Source of the DNA: Oscillospiraceae bacterium
GTDB lineage: Bacteria > Bacillota > Clostridia > Oscillospirales > Oscillospiraceae
Direction of reading: 5' to 3'
Assembly: GCA_017440525.1 (NCBI GenBank)
Contig: JAFSHB010000091.1
Span: 1-58,747, forward strand
DNA length: 58,747 bases
In this document: one piece after another, positions 25,376 to 35,805 of the stretch
Position numbering within the stretch: the first letter of the stretch is position 1
Layout: each line of letters starts with the position of its first letter
The notes under the pieces: model-generated
Told to the model about the DNA's origin: nothing
Databases searched by the model: none
The model's input: the letters and a program-made list of their open reading frames with translations, nothing else
Made by a program: the position numbers and the translations under genes

Positions 25376-26083
25376 TTAGCCGTTCTGCTTCTTCAGATCG
25401 TCGGCGGCGCGGCGGGTGGCTGCGATCATCTCATCGATCATAGCCAGAGGATCTTCCGCGTTCATGATGCCGGAGGCAGCGCCTGCGGCCTCGGAGCCTG
25501 CCATGATGAAGTCATAGACCTCCTGCCCGCAAGTGATACCTGCCGCCTGCTCCACCATGATGGTGGGATCGATCTCCTTGATGACCTTGATGGAATCCTT
25601 GACATATGCCATGGGGCTCGAGCCCTTACCGCCGCCGATGATCTCGGAGGGTTCGGGATTGATGATATCGGGATGGAGCTGGGCGATGGCTTTGGCTTCA
25701 TCCAAAGTATCCGCGCAGGCAAATACCAGGAAGTCCAGTTCTCTGGCTCGTTCGATGGTCTTTTTCATCTGCGGCAGGCTCATGGGCTTTTCGCAGTGGT
25801 TGATCATCACGCCGACCGCACCGGCCGCTTTCAGGCCCTCAGGCAGGATATCCGCGCAGCCTCTGCCGGGATACAGCGTATCCATGTAGGTCGCCAGCAC
25901 AAACAGGTGCTTCGTATTCTCAGCCACACGGCGGACCTCCAGTGCGGGGCAGATAAACAGAACATCGATGTCATACTTCTCCGCAGCCTTGTCAGCAGCG
26001 ATCGCGTACTCCAGCAGCTTGTCGCCGTAGACATAGTTCTTGGTGCCGACCTCAAAATAAGGGACTCTGATCTTGGGTTTCAT
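25376..26083 (-). CDS. Triose-phosphate-isomerase-family (TIM-barrel) protein, short archaeal-like type
   Basis: 235 aa. FEVGTKNY, GVMINHCE(K) and the C-terminal GGG..S segments resemble TpiA-like proteins. Confidence 0.6.
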   Translation of the reverse strand: MKPKIRVPYFEVGTKNYVYGDKLLEYAIAADKAAEKYDIDVLFICPALEVRRVAENTKHLFVLATYMDTLYPGRGCADILPEGLKAAGAVGVMINHCEKPMSLPQMKKTIERARELDFLVFACADTLDEAKAIAQLHPDIINPEPSEIIGGGKGSSPMAYVKDSIKVIKEIDPTIMVEQAAGITCGQEVYDFIMAGSEAAGAASGIMNAEDPLAMIDEMIAATRRAADDLKKQNG

Positions 26084-26116
26084 CTTTGTAGTTACCTCTC
26101 TTTATGATTATTCTTT

Positions 26117-26893
26117 TTATTCTTCTTCCACACACACGATCTGCGCCTTATGGCCCTGCAGCCGTTCCAGTGTGGCGGAAGCGATATGACAGTCTGTGAT
26201 CACGGTATGGATCTCATCGATGGATGCATACGCCACATGGGATGAGTTGCTGAATTTGGAGCTGTCCGCCAGCATGAAGGTCTTTTCCGAATTTCGCATG
26301 GCGATCTGATTCATCCGCGCCGTGTCGAAATCCGTAGTGGTGAACTGACCCTCCCCTACACAGCCGTCGGCACCCACGAAGCTCTTGGTGAAGTGCAGGC
26401 CCTGCAGCGCCTGTTCCGTCAGATAGCCGCACAGATCCTTGCGGTAAGCGCGGTACTCACCGCCCACCAGATCGACCTGCATATACGGTGCCAGCAGCTC
26501 CAGATTGGCAAGGGAATTGGTATAGAGCTTGATCTTCAGCTTGCCGTCCCGCACACGGGAGACCAGCTCGGCACACATACACCGGATGGTCGTGCCGGAA
26601 TCGCAGAATACCACATCCCCATCTTCCAGATACTCCACCGCCTTGCGGGCGATGGCAGTCTTATTTTCGATATTCGTCCGCGCGCCGTATTCAAAAGAGT
26701 AACCGGTCATCGCACCTACCACGGACTGCACGCCGCCGTGGGTGCGGATCGCCACGCCCTCCTGCTCCAGTTTTGCGAACATACGGCGGGCCGTGGACTC
26801 GGAAACATTCAGCAGCTCCATGGCTTCGGCCAGCGTCAGCTTCTGCACCACGGAAAGCCTGGCCATGAGCAGTTGTTCACGGTCTTGCTTCAA
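26117..26893 (-). CDS. DeoR/GlpR-family transcriptional regulator
   Basis: N-terminal HTH (LTLAEAMELLNVSESTARRMFAKLEQEG) plus a DeoR C-terminal sensor domain. Confidence 0.85.
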   Translation of the reverse strand: MKQDREQLLMARLSVVQKLTLAEAMELLNVSESTARRMFAKLEQEGVAIRTHGGVQSVVGAMTGYSFEYGARTNIENKTAIARKAVEYLEDGDVVFCDSGTTIRCMCAELVSRVRDGKLKIKLYTNSLANLELLAPYMQVDLVGGEYRAYRKDLCGYLTEQALQGLHFTKSFVGADGCVGEGQFTTTDFDTARMNQIAMRNSEKTFMLADSSKFSNSSHVAYASIDEIHTVITDCHIASATLERLQGHKAQIVCVEEE

Positions 26894-26920
26894 AGTTCGC
26901 CCTCCTTCTCTTTGCCGGTC

Positions 26921-27931
26921 TTATATGTTTTTCAGGAACTCGCGGATCTCCCGGAGGCCGTCAAGGATGCCGATCTCCAGATGGTTCTCCACGCTGGAAT
27001 AGGCAGGCAGGATCGCGGCCTTATCCTCCGCGATGGCCTGACCGCGGCTGATGCCCCAGGTGTTGCAGGGCTCGAGACCCAGCACATAGTCGTGGGACTT
27101 CATGCTCTTCCACTCCAGGAGCCTCGGCAGATTCTCGGTATCATAGGCCACATAGGCACCCAGCTCCAGACGCTCATTATAGATCACACCGTATGCCTTA
27201 TCGCCTTCGTTGAGATGGAAGAACAGCTCCTCCACCTTGCCGTCGATGGGAGCGGACATATTGATGGGATCGTCGGCATTGGGGGTGAACTTGATGGTCT
27301 CGCCCTTGGAGAAGGCTGCCACAGAGTCCGCCTGCAGGATGGGATAGCCGAAATTCACATGGTACAAAAGCAGATAGGGCTCATCCTCCGCCTCATGGTT
27401 GGTGATGATATCGTGAATCTTCAGATGCCTATCGTTGAGCCCTGTCTCGATGGTGCGCTCGATGGACAGGTGACGGCCGAAGAGCTTGCCCTGATGGACC
27501 TCGCCGTTGGCACGCAGGATATAATTATTGCCCTCCCAATGGGCCCTCGTGCCGAAGCGCTTGCAGGGCATATGGGAGATCCTGCCATGGGTGGGGAACT
27601 CACCGCCCTCATGGCAGTGGCCGCCCACATTGTCCAGACCGCAGGTGACCATCATGCCGGCAGGCCACTGCTCGGCAAATTCGCCGTCAGTGGGGATATA
27701 GCTCTGCGGTGCCAAGATCCCATTCTTGCTCTGGAAAGAGAAGTTGATGCCCTTATAGGACAGATCGTACAGATCCATGCAGCGGTCGGGCATGACGGTG
27801 AAGCGCAGCCCTGCGGCATTGTAGAACTCCGCGATGTGCATCTGCTCACCGCGGCCGCGGAGCAGCTGGCTCTCCCGGATACCGGCGACCTGATCGATAT
27901 TGCCGAGGTATTTCAATAACTCAATGTTCAT
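26921..27931 (-). CDS. Aldose-1-epimerase-like protein (DUF4432 type)
   Basis: Size and motifs (GLDNVGG, FPTHGRIS, LLYHVNFGYP) fit the galactose-mutarotase-like superfamily. Confidence 0.6.
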   Translation of the reverse strand: MNIELLKYLGNIDQVAGIRESQLLRGRGEQMHIAEFYNAAGLRFTVMPDRCMDLYDLSYKGINFSFQSKNGILAPQSYIPTDGEFAEQWPAGMMVTCGLDNVGGHCHEGGEFPTHGRISHMPCKRFGTRAHWEGNNYILRANGEVHQGKLFGRHLSIERTIETGLNDRHLKIHDIITNHEAEDEPYLLLYHVNFGYPILQADSVAAFSKGETIKFTPNADDPINMSAPIDGKVEELFFHLNEGDKAYGVIYNERLELGAYVAYDTENLPRLLEWKSMKSHDYVLGLEPCNTWGISRGQAIAEDKAAILPAYSSVENHLEIGILDGLREIREFLKNI

Positions 27932-27962
27932 AATCTCCTCCTAAAACACAGTCTTACAGGCG

Positions 27963-28021
27963 CGGTCAGAGGTCTGACCACCCTACAGGCACCTCCGTAG
28001 GGCGGCCGGACTCTCGGCCGC
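27963..28021. repeat. Three tandem GC-rich stem-loops (REP-like / terminator) after the isomerase gene
   Basis: ggtcaga/tctgacc, ccctac/gtaggg and ggcggccg/cggccgcc. Confidence 0.45.
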
Positions 28022-28040
28022 CGTATGCAAATATCTGCTT

Positions 28041-29438
28041 TTATTCGATCACGACCACATCGAAGCCCATCATCTCGCCAAAGGCCTTGAGTTCTTCGAC
28101 AGGCACATCATAGACCATGGCGGAGTGGTGGGTGCCGCCGGCCACGGAATATTCCTTCAGGAACTGAGGCAGGGGCTTGCCGGGCTTGAACCAGCCCTGT
28201 GTAGAGGATGCGTAAGCACCGCGCTCCAGACCCACATCCAGCATCTTGCCGGGGCACAGGATCAGGGTGAACGAGTCGTTCATGGGGGCAAGGTTCACGA
28301 TGGTGGCATCGCCCGCTCTGCCGCAGGAATACATACCCACAGTATTGCCGCAGGAGTTATAGGCAAAGTTGCAGTTGCGGATATAGGGCTTCCACTGTGC
28401 CAGATCGGGATTGCTCTCGCCCATGTGGCTCATAAGGATCACATCCTGCTCCCAGTCGGGGCAGAACATCTCGGTGAAGGTGGTCTTGGGATAGGCACTG
28501 AACAAAGCGCCCACAAGACCGGCCGTCAGTACATCGCCTTCGCCTGCATAGCCCTGACCGCGCTCGAGGACCTTACAGCACTCAGGGAAGGGCATCTTGG
28601 GGAGACCGCAGATATCAAGGGTCAGGAAGTTGACGGTGACAGAGCCAAGGCCCTTCTCCTGCATCCACTTGCGGATGGCAAGACCGGACTTGGTGGCGAG
28701 CTTATACTCGTCCATATAGGTGACTTCCACATTGTACTTTGTCTTGTCCTGCGCCATCTCGGCCGCCACCTCTTCATCGGTGACCTTGGCAAGATACTCC
28801 TTGACCACCTCGGGGGTCATATAGGTCACTTCCGCGCCGATGTCGGCCTTATAGCGCTCGTCGGAGACAAGGAAATCGCCCATGCCGGTGAAGCTGCCGC
28901 CCACAGAGCCCACCTTCATGGTGCTGTAGGCCTTCTTCACCTTGGCGGCGCGGCACATACCGGCCAGCTCCGCGATGACCTCGCTGTGCAGGGCATGGCC
29001 CGCGCAGATAAAATAGGGCTTGCCATTGCGCTTTAAGAGATTGCACATATCCTGCACACCGTGGATGCCGTGGTTGGGACCGATGCGGCCCTCATAGCCG
29101 GCAGCCTTGATGAGCTGATAGTCGGGGGTGGAATCGAACACGATGATGGGCGCATCCAGCTTCATCAGGGCCTCGATGGACTCCAGAGACGGAGAATAGG
29201 CCAGATGGAAGGTGATGACGGCATCCACATCGGCGGCATTGAATTTCTCCGCAGCCGCCTCAAATTCCGGCTTGATGCGGCAGACCTGATCAGCCGGCAG
29301 CACCTCGATGCCCTCATTCTCCAGCATCCTGATCGCCATATCCATATACTTTTCCATGGGCGCACGATAGCTTGGACCGGAGGAATCATCATAGAGCTTG
29401 ATATACAAAGGAAGGAAACCAACTTTGATCTTTTTCAT
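28041..29438 (-). CDS. L-fucose/L-arabinose-isomerase-family protein
   Basis: 465 aa. N-terminal KVGFLPLYIKLYD pattern and a C-terminal domain with GEGD..., HMGE, GGTHH segments typical of the FucI/AraA-like superfamily. Confidence 0.6.
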   Translation of the reverse strand: MKKIKVGFLPLYIKLYDDSSGPSYRAPMEKYMDMAIRMLENEGIEVLPADQVCRIKPEFEAAAEKFNAADVDAVITFHLAYSPSLESIEALMKLDAPIIVFDSTPDYQLIKAAGYEGRIGPNHGIHGVQDMCNLLKRNGKPYFICAGHALHSEVIAELAGMCRAAKVKKAYSTMKVGSVGGSFTGMGDFLVSDERYKADIGAEVTYMTPEVVKEYLAKVTDEEVAAEMAQDKTKYNVEVTYMDEYKLATKSGLAIRKWMQEKGLGSVTVNFLTLDICGLPKMPFPECCKVLERGQGYAGEGDVLTAGLVGALFSAYPKTTFTEMFCPDWEQDVILMSHMGESNPDLAQWKPYIRNCNFAYNSCGNTVGMYSCGRAGDATIVNLAPMNDSFTLILCPGKMLDVGLERGAYASSTQGWFKPGKPLPQFLKEYSVAGGTHHSAMVYDVPVEELKAFGEMMGFDVVVIE

Positions 29439-29456
29439 AGGGTCGCTCCTTTCAAA

Positions 29457-30503
29457 TTATTTCACATCGAAGATTCTCGCGCTGTTGGACCAGAAGATCT
29501 TTTCCACATCGGCTTTGCCGAGGCCAAGGCGTTCACAGGCCATGCGGCAGGCATTGATCTCCTCATAGATGAAGAAGGTGATCTTCTCCGCCTCGGGGAA
29601 GGCGATCTCGCGCATATGCTTATCCGACTCGATCGCACTGCGGGGGAACTCGCCCTCGGGGACTTCGTTGATGTAGAAGCCGTTTTCCACAGTGCGTCTT
29701 GCTTTCATGCGGAAGATGGGGAAATCGGTACCGTAGATGAAGCGGTCGGAGCCGAAGCGCTCCAGCACCTTCTCCATAACATAGTCGTTGGTGTTGGCGG
29801 TGAAGTCCCAGACGGTCTTTTCCGTGTGCTTGAGGTATTCCAGCGCATCGCCAAGATCCTCATTGGCGTAGGCTCTGCCTAAGTGCGCCACCAGCAGCTG
29901 CAGGTCGGGATACTTCTGCTCGATCTCCAGAAGCTGGATGTAGTTGACGGGATCTGCCAGCCGCTTCGGTCTTGCGATATGCAGCTGCACCACCCATTTA
30001 TGCTTATTGGCAAGGGCCAGATGCTCATGAGTCAGGAAGTCATAGATCCGGATCTCATCGGCAGGGATATAGGACGGCGCGAACTGCAGATAGACCTTGA
30101 GGCCCTTGAATACAGGGTTCGCCAGCATGATTCTCTCCAGTTCCTCCGCGCTCTGCTTTGGGTGGGCCAGATAGAGGGCCGGGACGCCGTTTTTGATGGC
30201 GCTTTGCGCCACATACGCATTGCTCTTGGTCAGGTCGATAGAGGCGATCGCATCACTATAGGGCACAGAGATGACTTCATTTTCCGGGAACAGCAGGCGG
30301 TTGGTCTCGTTGAGGTCCTCGATGGAGTTCTCATCCGCCACCATTCTGGGCCAGAGCTGACTGCCCTCGCGCATACCGCTCTCATTGTGAAACTCTTTCA
30401 ACCAGATATGGGCGTGGCAGTCGATAAACTTTTTGGGCAGAAACGGCTTTAAGACCGTCTCATAATACCATCTGTCATAAGGCTTGACATCCAAAAGTGC
30501 CAT
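29457..30503 (-). CDS. Amidohydrolase_2-family metal-dependent hydrolase (paralog 1)
   Basis: HxH motif (DCHAHIW), later HLGR and GTDFP segments. Start at MALLDVK. Confidence 0.7.
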   Translation of the reverse strand: MALLDVKPYDRWYYETVLKPFLPKKFIDCHAHIWLKEFHNESGMREGSQLWPRMVADENSIEDLNETNRLLFPENEVISVPYSDAIASIDLTKSNAYVAQSAIKNGVPALYLAHPKQSAEELERIMLANPVFKGLKVYLQFAPSYIPADEIRIYDFLTHEHLALANKHKWVVQLHIARPKRLADPVNYIQLLEIEQKYPDLQLLVAHLGRAYANEDLGDALEYLKHTEKTVWDFTANTNDYVMEKVLERFGSDRFIYGTDFPIFRMKARRTVENGFYINEVPEGEFPRSAIESDKHMREIAFPEAEKITFFIYEEINACRMACERLGLGKADVEKIFWSNSARIFDVK

Positions 30504-30514
30504 ATTCGCTCTCC

Positions 30515-31579
30515 TTATCCGTAGATGGACTTGCGTGCGCCTTCGACCAGGCCCATGATGTTGTTGCACATGATGTCTTCCACATCCTCTCTGGTCAGGC
30601 CCAGCGCCTTGGCGGCGCGCTTGAAGGCCAGCAGCTCTTCGTAGGCAAAGAAGGTGATGGTCTTGGCCTCTTCCTCGCTGACTTCACGCAGATGGGGATC
30701 GCCGTAGGGATCGGGGTACAGTCCGGGCGGGACCAGGTTTACATAAGTTCCATTCTCCACGATGCGATGGGTACGCATCCTGAGGATGGGCATATCCGTG
30801 CCGAACATGACATGCTTGGGACCGGCGTGCTTGATGACCTCGGTGATGGCATACTCACAGCAGTTGGCGCAGAAGTCATACATCAAGGTGGGATACTTGT
30901 CCAGCATCTCAAAGGCATTGCCCACATCTTCCTCGGTATAGGCTCTGCCCACATGGGCAACGATCAGGCGGATATTGGGGAATTCCTCCTTGATCTCGCA
31001 GATCTGGTGCAGGTTGACGGGATCCTTCAGGCGGCCGTTTCTGGGGATATGGAGCATGACGATGGCGCCCATCTCATCCAGACGCTTGAGCTGATGCTTG
31101 GGGAAGAAATCGAAGATGCGGATCTCGCCCACAGGCAGATACTTGGGTGAAAGGTCCAGATAGGACTTGACACCAAGGAAGCCGCCCTCACGGATAGCCT
31201 TCTCTACCTCGTCGGCAGACTGGGTGGGATGGGAGTAATACAGGGCAGGCCAGCCGGTCTCACGGGAGACACGCGCTACATAGTCGTTGTTGGGCTTGAG
31301 GTCCAGACCGCCGCCGCCAATGAACATCATGGCGCTGACATCCTTACCGGGGAACATCAGTTCATAGGTCTCCTTCAGATCCTCGATGGGGTTATCCTTT
31401 GCAACAGTTCTGGTCCAGGTGACGGTGCGCTTGGGTGCATTGGGGTCCTCAGGAGGATACACCGTCAGATCCTCACGATAGACATGGGTGTGGCAGTCCA
31501 CGAATTTGTCGGGCAGGAAGTCCTTGAGTTCCTCCTCCCACACTTTCTTATCATAGTCAGTCACAGGAAACAGTGCCAT
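30515..31579 (-). CDS. Amidohydrolase_2-family metal-dependent hydrolase (paralog 2)
   Basis: DCHTHVY, AHVGRAY, FGTDMP. About two-thirds identical by eye to paralog 3. Confidence 0.7.
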   Translation of the reverse strand: MALFPVTDYDKKVWEEELKDFLPDKFVDCHTHVYREDLTVYPPEDPNAPKRTVTWTRTVAKDNPIEDLKETYELMFPGKDVSAMMFIGGGGLDLKPNNDYVARVSRETGWPALYYSHPTQSADEVEKAIREGGFLGVKSYLDLSPKYLPVGEIRIFDFFPKHQLKRLDEMGAIVMLHIPRNGRLKDPVNLHQICEIKEEFPNIRLIVAHVGRAYTEEDVGNAFEMLDKYPTLMYDFCANCCEYAITEVIKHAGPKHVMFGTDMPILRMRTHRIVENGTYVNLVPPGLYPDPYGDPHLREVSEEEAKTITFFAYEELLAFKRAAKALGLTREDVEDIMCNNIMGLVEGARKSIYG

Positions 31580-31595
31580 TTTTCTTTTCTCCTTT

Positions 31596-32588
31596 TTATT
31601 TCATGATGAGCTCCGCAGGCATACCGCACAACGCAGTCACTAATGTAAACATGATCGGTAAGGTGGCAACAGACAGTACCGTGGACACCAGCACCATACT
31701 GGCACCGGGTCGGCAGTCTTCACCGTAAGCCGCAGGGAAAACCACAGAATTCATCCCGGCAGGGCAAGCTGTATAGAGCACAAAGAGCATACACACCATG
31801 GCAGAAAGCCCCAGCATGGGCTGCAGCAGCCAAGACAGCAGCATGAAAATGCCGGGAATCACGATCAGGCGCAGCAGAGAAAACAGGTAGATCTTGGCAT
31901 TGCCGATCAGCTCCAATACAGGGTAATCCGCAATGGTGAAGCCTGCCAGCAGCAGCGCCACAGGAACATAGCCGTCACCCAGATCGCCGATGGTAGTCAG
32001 AATGATCTTAGGGATCCAATTTTTCGCACCAAGCAATCCAAGCGCAACACCGAGTACCAGCGTTATGGAGTTTAAGTTCAAGATCCTCTTCAAATAGAAT
32101 TTTAAATCGTGCCGACCTTCCGCAGGCTGCAGCTGCATGATGCCCCAGGTATAGGTGGTGATGCTCTGGGCAAAGGCGAAGGTCTGCCCTAAGAACACGC
32201 CCTGCGTACCGCCGCACAGGGCGATCAGCAACGGTGTTGCGCCCGCTCCTGTATTGGGCATGGCAAAGGTATAGCGATAAACACCCTTGATATAGTCATG
32301 ACCGCCTGCAAAGCGAGGCGCAAACAAATAGGCAAAAACAACGCTGAGTCCGGTGTAAAACATACCGTAAAGAACCAGAGGGCCATAGGCAATGAGATTT
32401 TTAAAATCACATTCCACAATATAGGCGTTGAGCACCAAGCAGGGCAAAAACAGCATCGTAGTAAATTTAGACAACACCGCTTCTGCCGTTTTTGGGATCA
32501 GATGGAGCTTATTAAACATGAAGCCCAAAGACAGCAGGAAAATAATGCGGACCATCTGCTCAAAGACGGTCAAAAATGTGGTAAGCAT
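31596..32588 (-). CDS. AEC-family (auxin efflux carrier) transporter
   Basis: 330-aa polytopic membrane protein with typical AEC N- and C-terminal repeats. Confidence 0.7.
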   Translation of the reverse strand: MLTTFLTVFEQMVRIIFLLSLGFMFNKLHLIPKTAEAVLSKFTTMLFLPCLVLNAYIVECDFKNLIAYGPLVLYGMFYTGLSVVFAYLFAPRFAGGHDYIKGVYRYTFAMPNTGAGATPLLIALCGGTQGVFLGQTFAFAQSITTYTWGIMQLQPAEGRHDLKFYLKRILNLNSITLVLGVALGLLGAKNWIPKIILTTIGDLGDGYVPVALLLAGFTIADYPVLELIGNAKIYLFSLLRLIVIPGIFMLLSWLLQPMLGLSAMVCMLFVLYTACPAGMNSVVFPAAYGEDCRPGASMVLVSTVLSVATLPIMFTLVTALCGMPAELIMK

Positions 32589-32591
32589 GGG

Positions 32592-33857
32592 TCATACCTT
32601 CGTTTCTCTCAATTTTCTTTCTTCGTGTGCAGCCGAGATCACAAACTGCATCACCACCGCCACCACCGCCATCAAGCCGCAAAGGACCAGCATCGCCGGG
32701 GTGTAAGTGCCGAGCACATCATAAACAACATTCATCACAGGCACGCCCACGGCATAGCCCAAGGTGTTGAATGATACCATCAGTCCCATGATAAAGGCGA
32801 AGGACTTTCTGCCAAAGCATTCCGACGCGATCAGGGGCAGCATGATGGTCTCCAGCGGCAGGGCGAAGCTGGTCAAAGCCATCGCCGCATACGCCATAGC
32901 CGCATTGGATACGAAAGCAAGGGTAGAAATGGACACGATGGCGCAGACGCTGCAAAAGAGCATGGTCACACGCAAGCCGAACTTATCAAAGCTGATGCCT
33001 GTCAGCATCTTCGCTGCTGTCAGACACAAAGAGCCGATGCTTGCAGCAGTCGCCACCACCCCGGCCTCCATGCCGCAGTCCATCAAATGGGCAGTACCCA
33101 CACCGTCTACTGCCTGCAGGAGCATCCCTGTCAGAAACACGCACAGGGCGCAGGCGTAGAAGTAGGGCTTGCGGAAGGCTTCTTCCACCGTGATACCCGA
33201 CCAGTCGCGGCCCCGCTGCTTTTGCGCTTTGACACCTTCGCCCAAAGGCTTCAGGCCCTTTTCCTTGGGATCTGCGCGCAGAAAGAAGCACACCAGCAAT
33301 GCGACAGCCAGCATGATCGCCGTCACGATCCAGTAGCACCTGCGCCAGCCGTCGGGGGAAGCATAGATGATCGGTGTCACGATCTGGGCAGCCAATGCGC
33401 CGAAGACACCGTTGGCTGCCAGGATAAAGCCCATGATCGTACCCTTCCTGCCGGTGAACCACCGTTCGACCACATAGCCCACCATGGTGGTGGTCGTCCA
33501 GCTGAGGCCCAGCCCCAACAGGATGCCGCCCAGATAGAACATGGCAAGGCTCTTTGCCAACGCATTGACCAAACAGGACAGGGCCAAAGCCAAAAAGCCG
33601 ATGACTGCCAGCTTTCTGGCGCCCACTTTTACGATGATCCTGCCGAAAAACAGGTTGACCGCTGCTGTCGTCACATAGCGGAAGCTGTTGGAGATGGAAA
33701 ACAGTCCTCTGGGGATATCCAGATCCTTTGTGATAGCGGCAAGGTACAGGCTTTTATTGGAACTGCAAAATCCCAGTGCCGTGCCCACCATCAAAAAGCA
33801 GACTGCGAAGATGACCCACGCATAGTGAAACTTCGGTGAAGCTTCTTTACCCTCCAC
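32592..33857 (-). CDS. MFS transporter
   Basis: 421 aa, ~12 predicted TM helices, GRIIVKVGARK loop 2-3 motif. Confidence 0.8.
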   Translation of the reverse strand: MEGKEASPKFHYAWVIFAVCFLMVGTALGFCSSNKSLYLAAITKDLDIPRGLFSISNSFRYVTTAAVNLFFGRIIVKVGARKLAVIGFLALALSCLVNALAKSLAMFYLGGILLGLGLSWTTTTMVGYVVERWFTGRKGTIMGFILAANGVFGALAAQIVTPIIYASPDGWRRCYWIVTAIMLAVALLVCFFLRADPKEKGLKPLGEGVKAQKQRGRDWSGITVEEAFRKPYFYACALCVFLTGMLLQAVDGVGTAHLMDCGMEAGVVATAASIGSLCLTAAKMLTGISFDKFGLRVTMLFCSVCAIVSISTLAFVSNAAMAYAAMALTSFALPLETIMLPLIASECFGRKSFAFIMGLMVSFNTLGYAVGVPVMNVVYDVLGTYTPAMLVLCGLMAVVAVVMQFVISAAHEERKLRETKV

Positions 33858-33874
33858 GAAAAACGCCTTCTTTC

Positions 33875-34930
33875 TTATGCGCCGTAGATGGACTTTCTGG
33901 CACCCTCGATCAGTTCCATGGCGTTGTTATACATGATATCTTCGATATCCTGCTTGGAGAGATTCAAAGTCTTGGCGGCACGCTTGAAGGCCAGCAGCTC
34001 CTCATAGGCAAAGAAGGTGATCTTTTCCGCTTCCTCGGCAGAGACCTCGCGCATATGAGGATCGCCGCTGACATCGCCGTACAGTCCGGGAGGAACGAGG
34101 TTTACATAAGTATTGTTCTCCTCGATGCGATGGGTACGCATACGCAGGATGGGCATATCTGTGCCGAACATGACCTTCTTGGGACCGGCATGCTTGATGA
34201 CCTCGGTGATGGCATACTCACAGCAGTTGGCGCAGAAGTCATACATGAGGTCCAGCTTATCGAGGGTATCAAAGGCATCGCCCACATCATAGGCCGTGTA
34301 AGCACGGCCGATATGCGCAATGATCAATCGCACATTGGGGAATTCCTGCTTCAGCTCCGTGATCTGCGCCAAGTTCACAGGGTCCTTCAGACGGCCATGG
34401 CGAGGGATATGGAGCATGGCGATAGCGCCCATGCGGTCGAGGACCGCCAGCTGATTCTTGGGGAAGAAGTCAAAGACACGGATCTCCGCTTCAGGCAGAT
34501 ACTTGGGTGTGCGGTTCAGATAAGACTTGACACCAAGGAAACCGCCGTTGCGGATATTGGCCTCCAGCTGCTCAGGGCTCTCGGCAGGATCCGCGTAGTA
34601 CAGAGCGGGCCAGCCGGACTTCTTGGAGCTTTCAGACACATAGGCGTTGTTCTCATCCCATGCGCCCTTGCTGGTGAACATCAGAGCTTTGACATCCTTG
34701 CCGGGGAACATAAGTCGATAGGTCTCCTGCAGGTCCTCAAGGGAGTTGTCGGGTGCCACCAGATTGGGCCAATTGACGGTCCTGCCGTCCCTCTTTTTCA
34801 GCCAATCGGGATCGAGGAACTTGTTTAGCCACACATGGGTATGGACATCCAAAATTTTATCGGGCAGGAAGTCCTTGAGCTCTTCCTCCCAGATCTTTTT
34901 GTCGTACGCAGTTACTTCAAACAGTGCCAT
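33875..34930 (-). CDS. Amidohydrolase_2-family metal-dependent hydrolase (paralog 3)
   Basis: DVHTHVW, AHIGRAY, FGTDMP. Start at MALFEVTAYDKK (ATG 34930). Confidence 0.7.
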   Translation of the reverse strand: MALFEVTAYDKKIWEEELKDFLPDKILDVHTHVWLNKFLDPDWLKKRDGRTVNWPNLVAPDNSLEDLQETYRLMFPGKDVKALMFTSKGAWDENNAYVSESSKKSGWPALYYADPAESPEQLEANIRNGGFLGVKSYLNRTPKYLPEAEIRVFDFFPKNQLAVLDRMGAIAMLHIPRHGRLKDPVNLAQITELKQEFPNVRLIIAHIGRAYTAYDVGDAFDTLDKLDLMYDFCANCCEYAITEVIKHAGPKKVMFGTDMPILRMRTHRIEENNTYVNLVPPGLYGDVSGDPHMREVSAEEAEKITFFAYEELLAFKRAAKTLNLSKQDIEDIMYNNAMELIEGARKSIYGA

Positions 34931-34971
34931 GATCTTTATCTCCTTTTGCTTATGGCGATTATTCTCAAATA

Positions 34972-35805
34972 TCAACCCTTCACAGCACCTGCGGCGATAC
35001 CCTTGATAAAGTATTTCTGCAGGCACAGGAACAGGATGACCATGGGGATGGATACCAGCAAAATGCCGGTAAAGGCATAGCCCAATTCGGAGCCGCGTGC
35101 CCCGAAGAAGCTGTTGATGCCCACCATCAAGGTGGGGTTTTTGTTCTCATTGAGGAGCGTCCTCGTGACCAGATAGTCGTTCCAGATGCCGACGCCCTGC
35201 CGGATGCAGCAGGTGGCGGTCACAGGGGCCAGCAGCGGCAGGAAGATCCGGGAATAGACACCGAAGGTGCTGCAGCCGTCGATATAGGCCGCCTCCTCCA
35301 GCTCCCGCGGAAGATCTCCCATAAAGCCTGCATACAGGAACACGGAGAACGGCATGTTCCACGCGGCCTGGATCAGGATGCAGCCCCAGATATTGTTGTA
35401 GAGCCCCAGCTTGGAGGAAAGGGTCGTCAGCGGGAGCAGACAGCCGATAAAGGGGATGACCATCAGCGTGACCAGCAGCTTGTAGTAGCCGGAGAAGATG
35501 CGGCTGCGGATACGCGCGATGGCAAAACCTGCCAAAGAGGCACAGATGATCACGATCACGAGCGCCATGACCGTGATGAACATGGTGTTGCCCAGCGCCT
35601 TCCAGTAATCCATCTTTTTGATGACATAGGGGAAGTTCTCCAGCGTAAAGATATCAGCATTGATGGTCAGGGGGAACTTGACGATATCCGTGCGTTTTTT
35701 GAACGCACCGATGACCAGATAATAGATGGGGATCATCATGATGACGGTGCAAAGTGCAAGGATCGCTTCTTCGATCACCGTTCTGAGCTTTCTTTTCGCT
35801 TTCAT
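34972..35805 (-). CDS. Carbohydrate ABC transporter permease (MalG-like)
   Basis: EAAxxDG motif (EEAAYIDGCSTFGVYSRIFLP) and 6 TM helices. Confidence 0.85.
   Translation of the reverse strand: MKAKRKLRTVIEEAILALCTVIMMIPIYYLVIGAFKKRTDIVKFPLTINADIFTLENFPYVIKKMDYWKALGNTMFITVMALVIVIICASLAGFAIARIRSRIFSGYYKLLVTLMVIPFIGCLLPLTTLSSKLGLYNNIWGCILIQAAWNMPFSVFLYAGFMGDLPRELEEAAYIDGCSTFGVYSRIFLPLLAPVTATCCIRQGVGIWNDYLVTRTLLNENKNPTLMVGINSFFGARGSELGYAFTGILLVSIPMVILFLCLQKYFIKGIAAGAVKG

Noticed and set aside
26393-27919. 508-aa plus-strand ORF.
   Set aside because: It is antisense to the DeoR regulator and mutarotase-like genes and has no recognisable domain.
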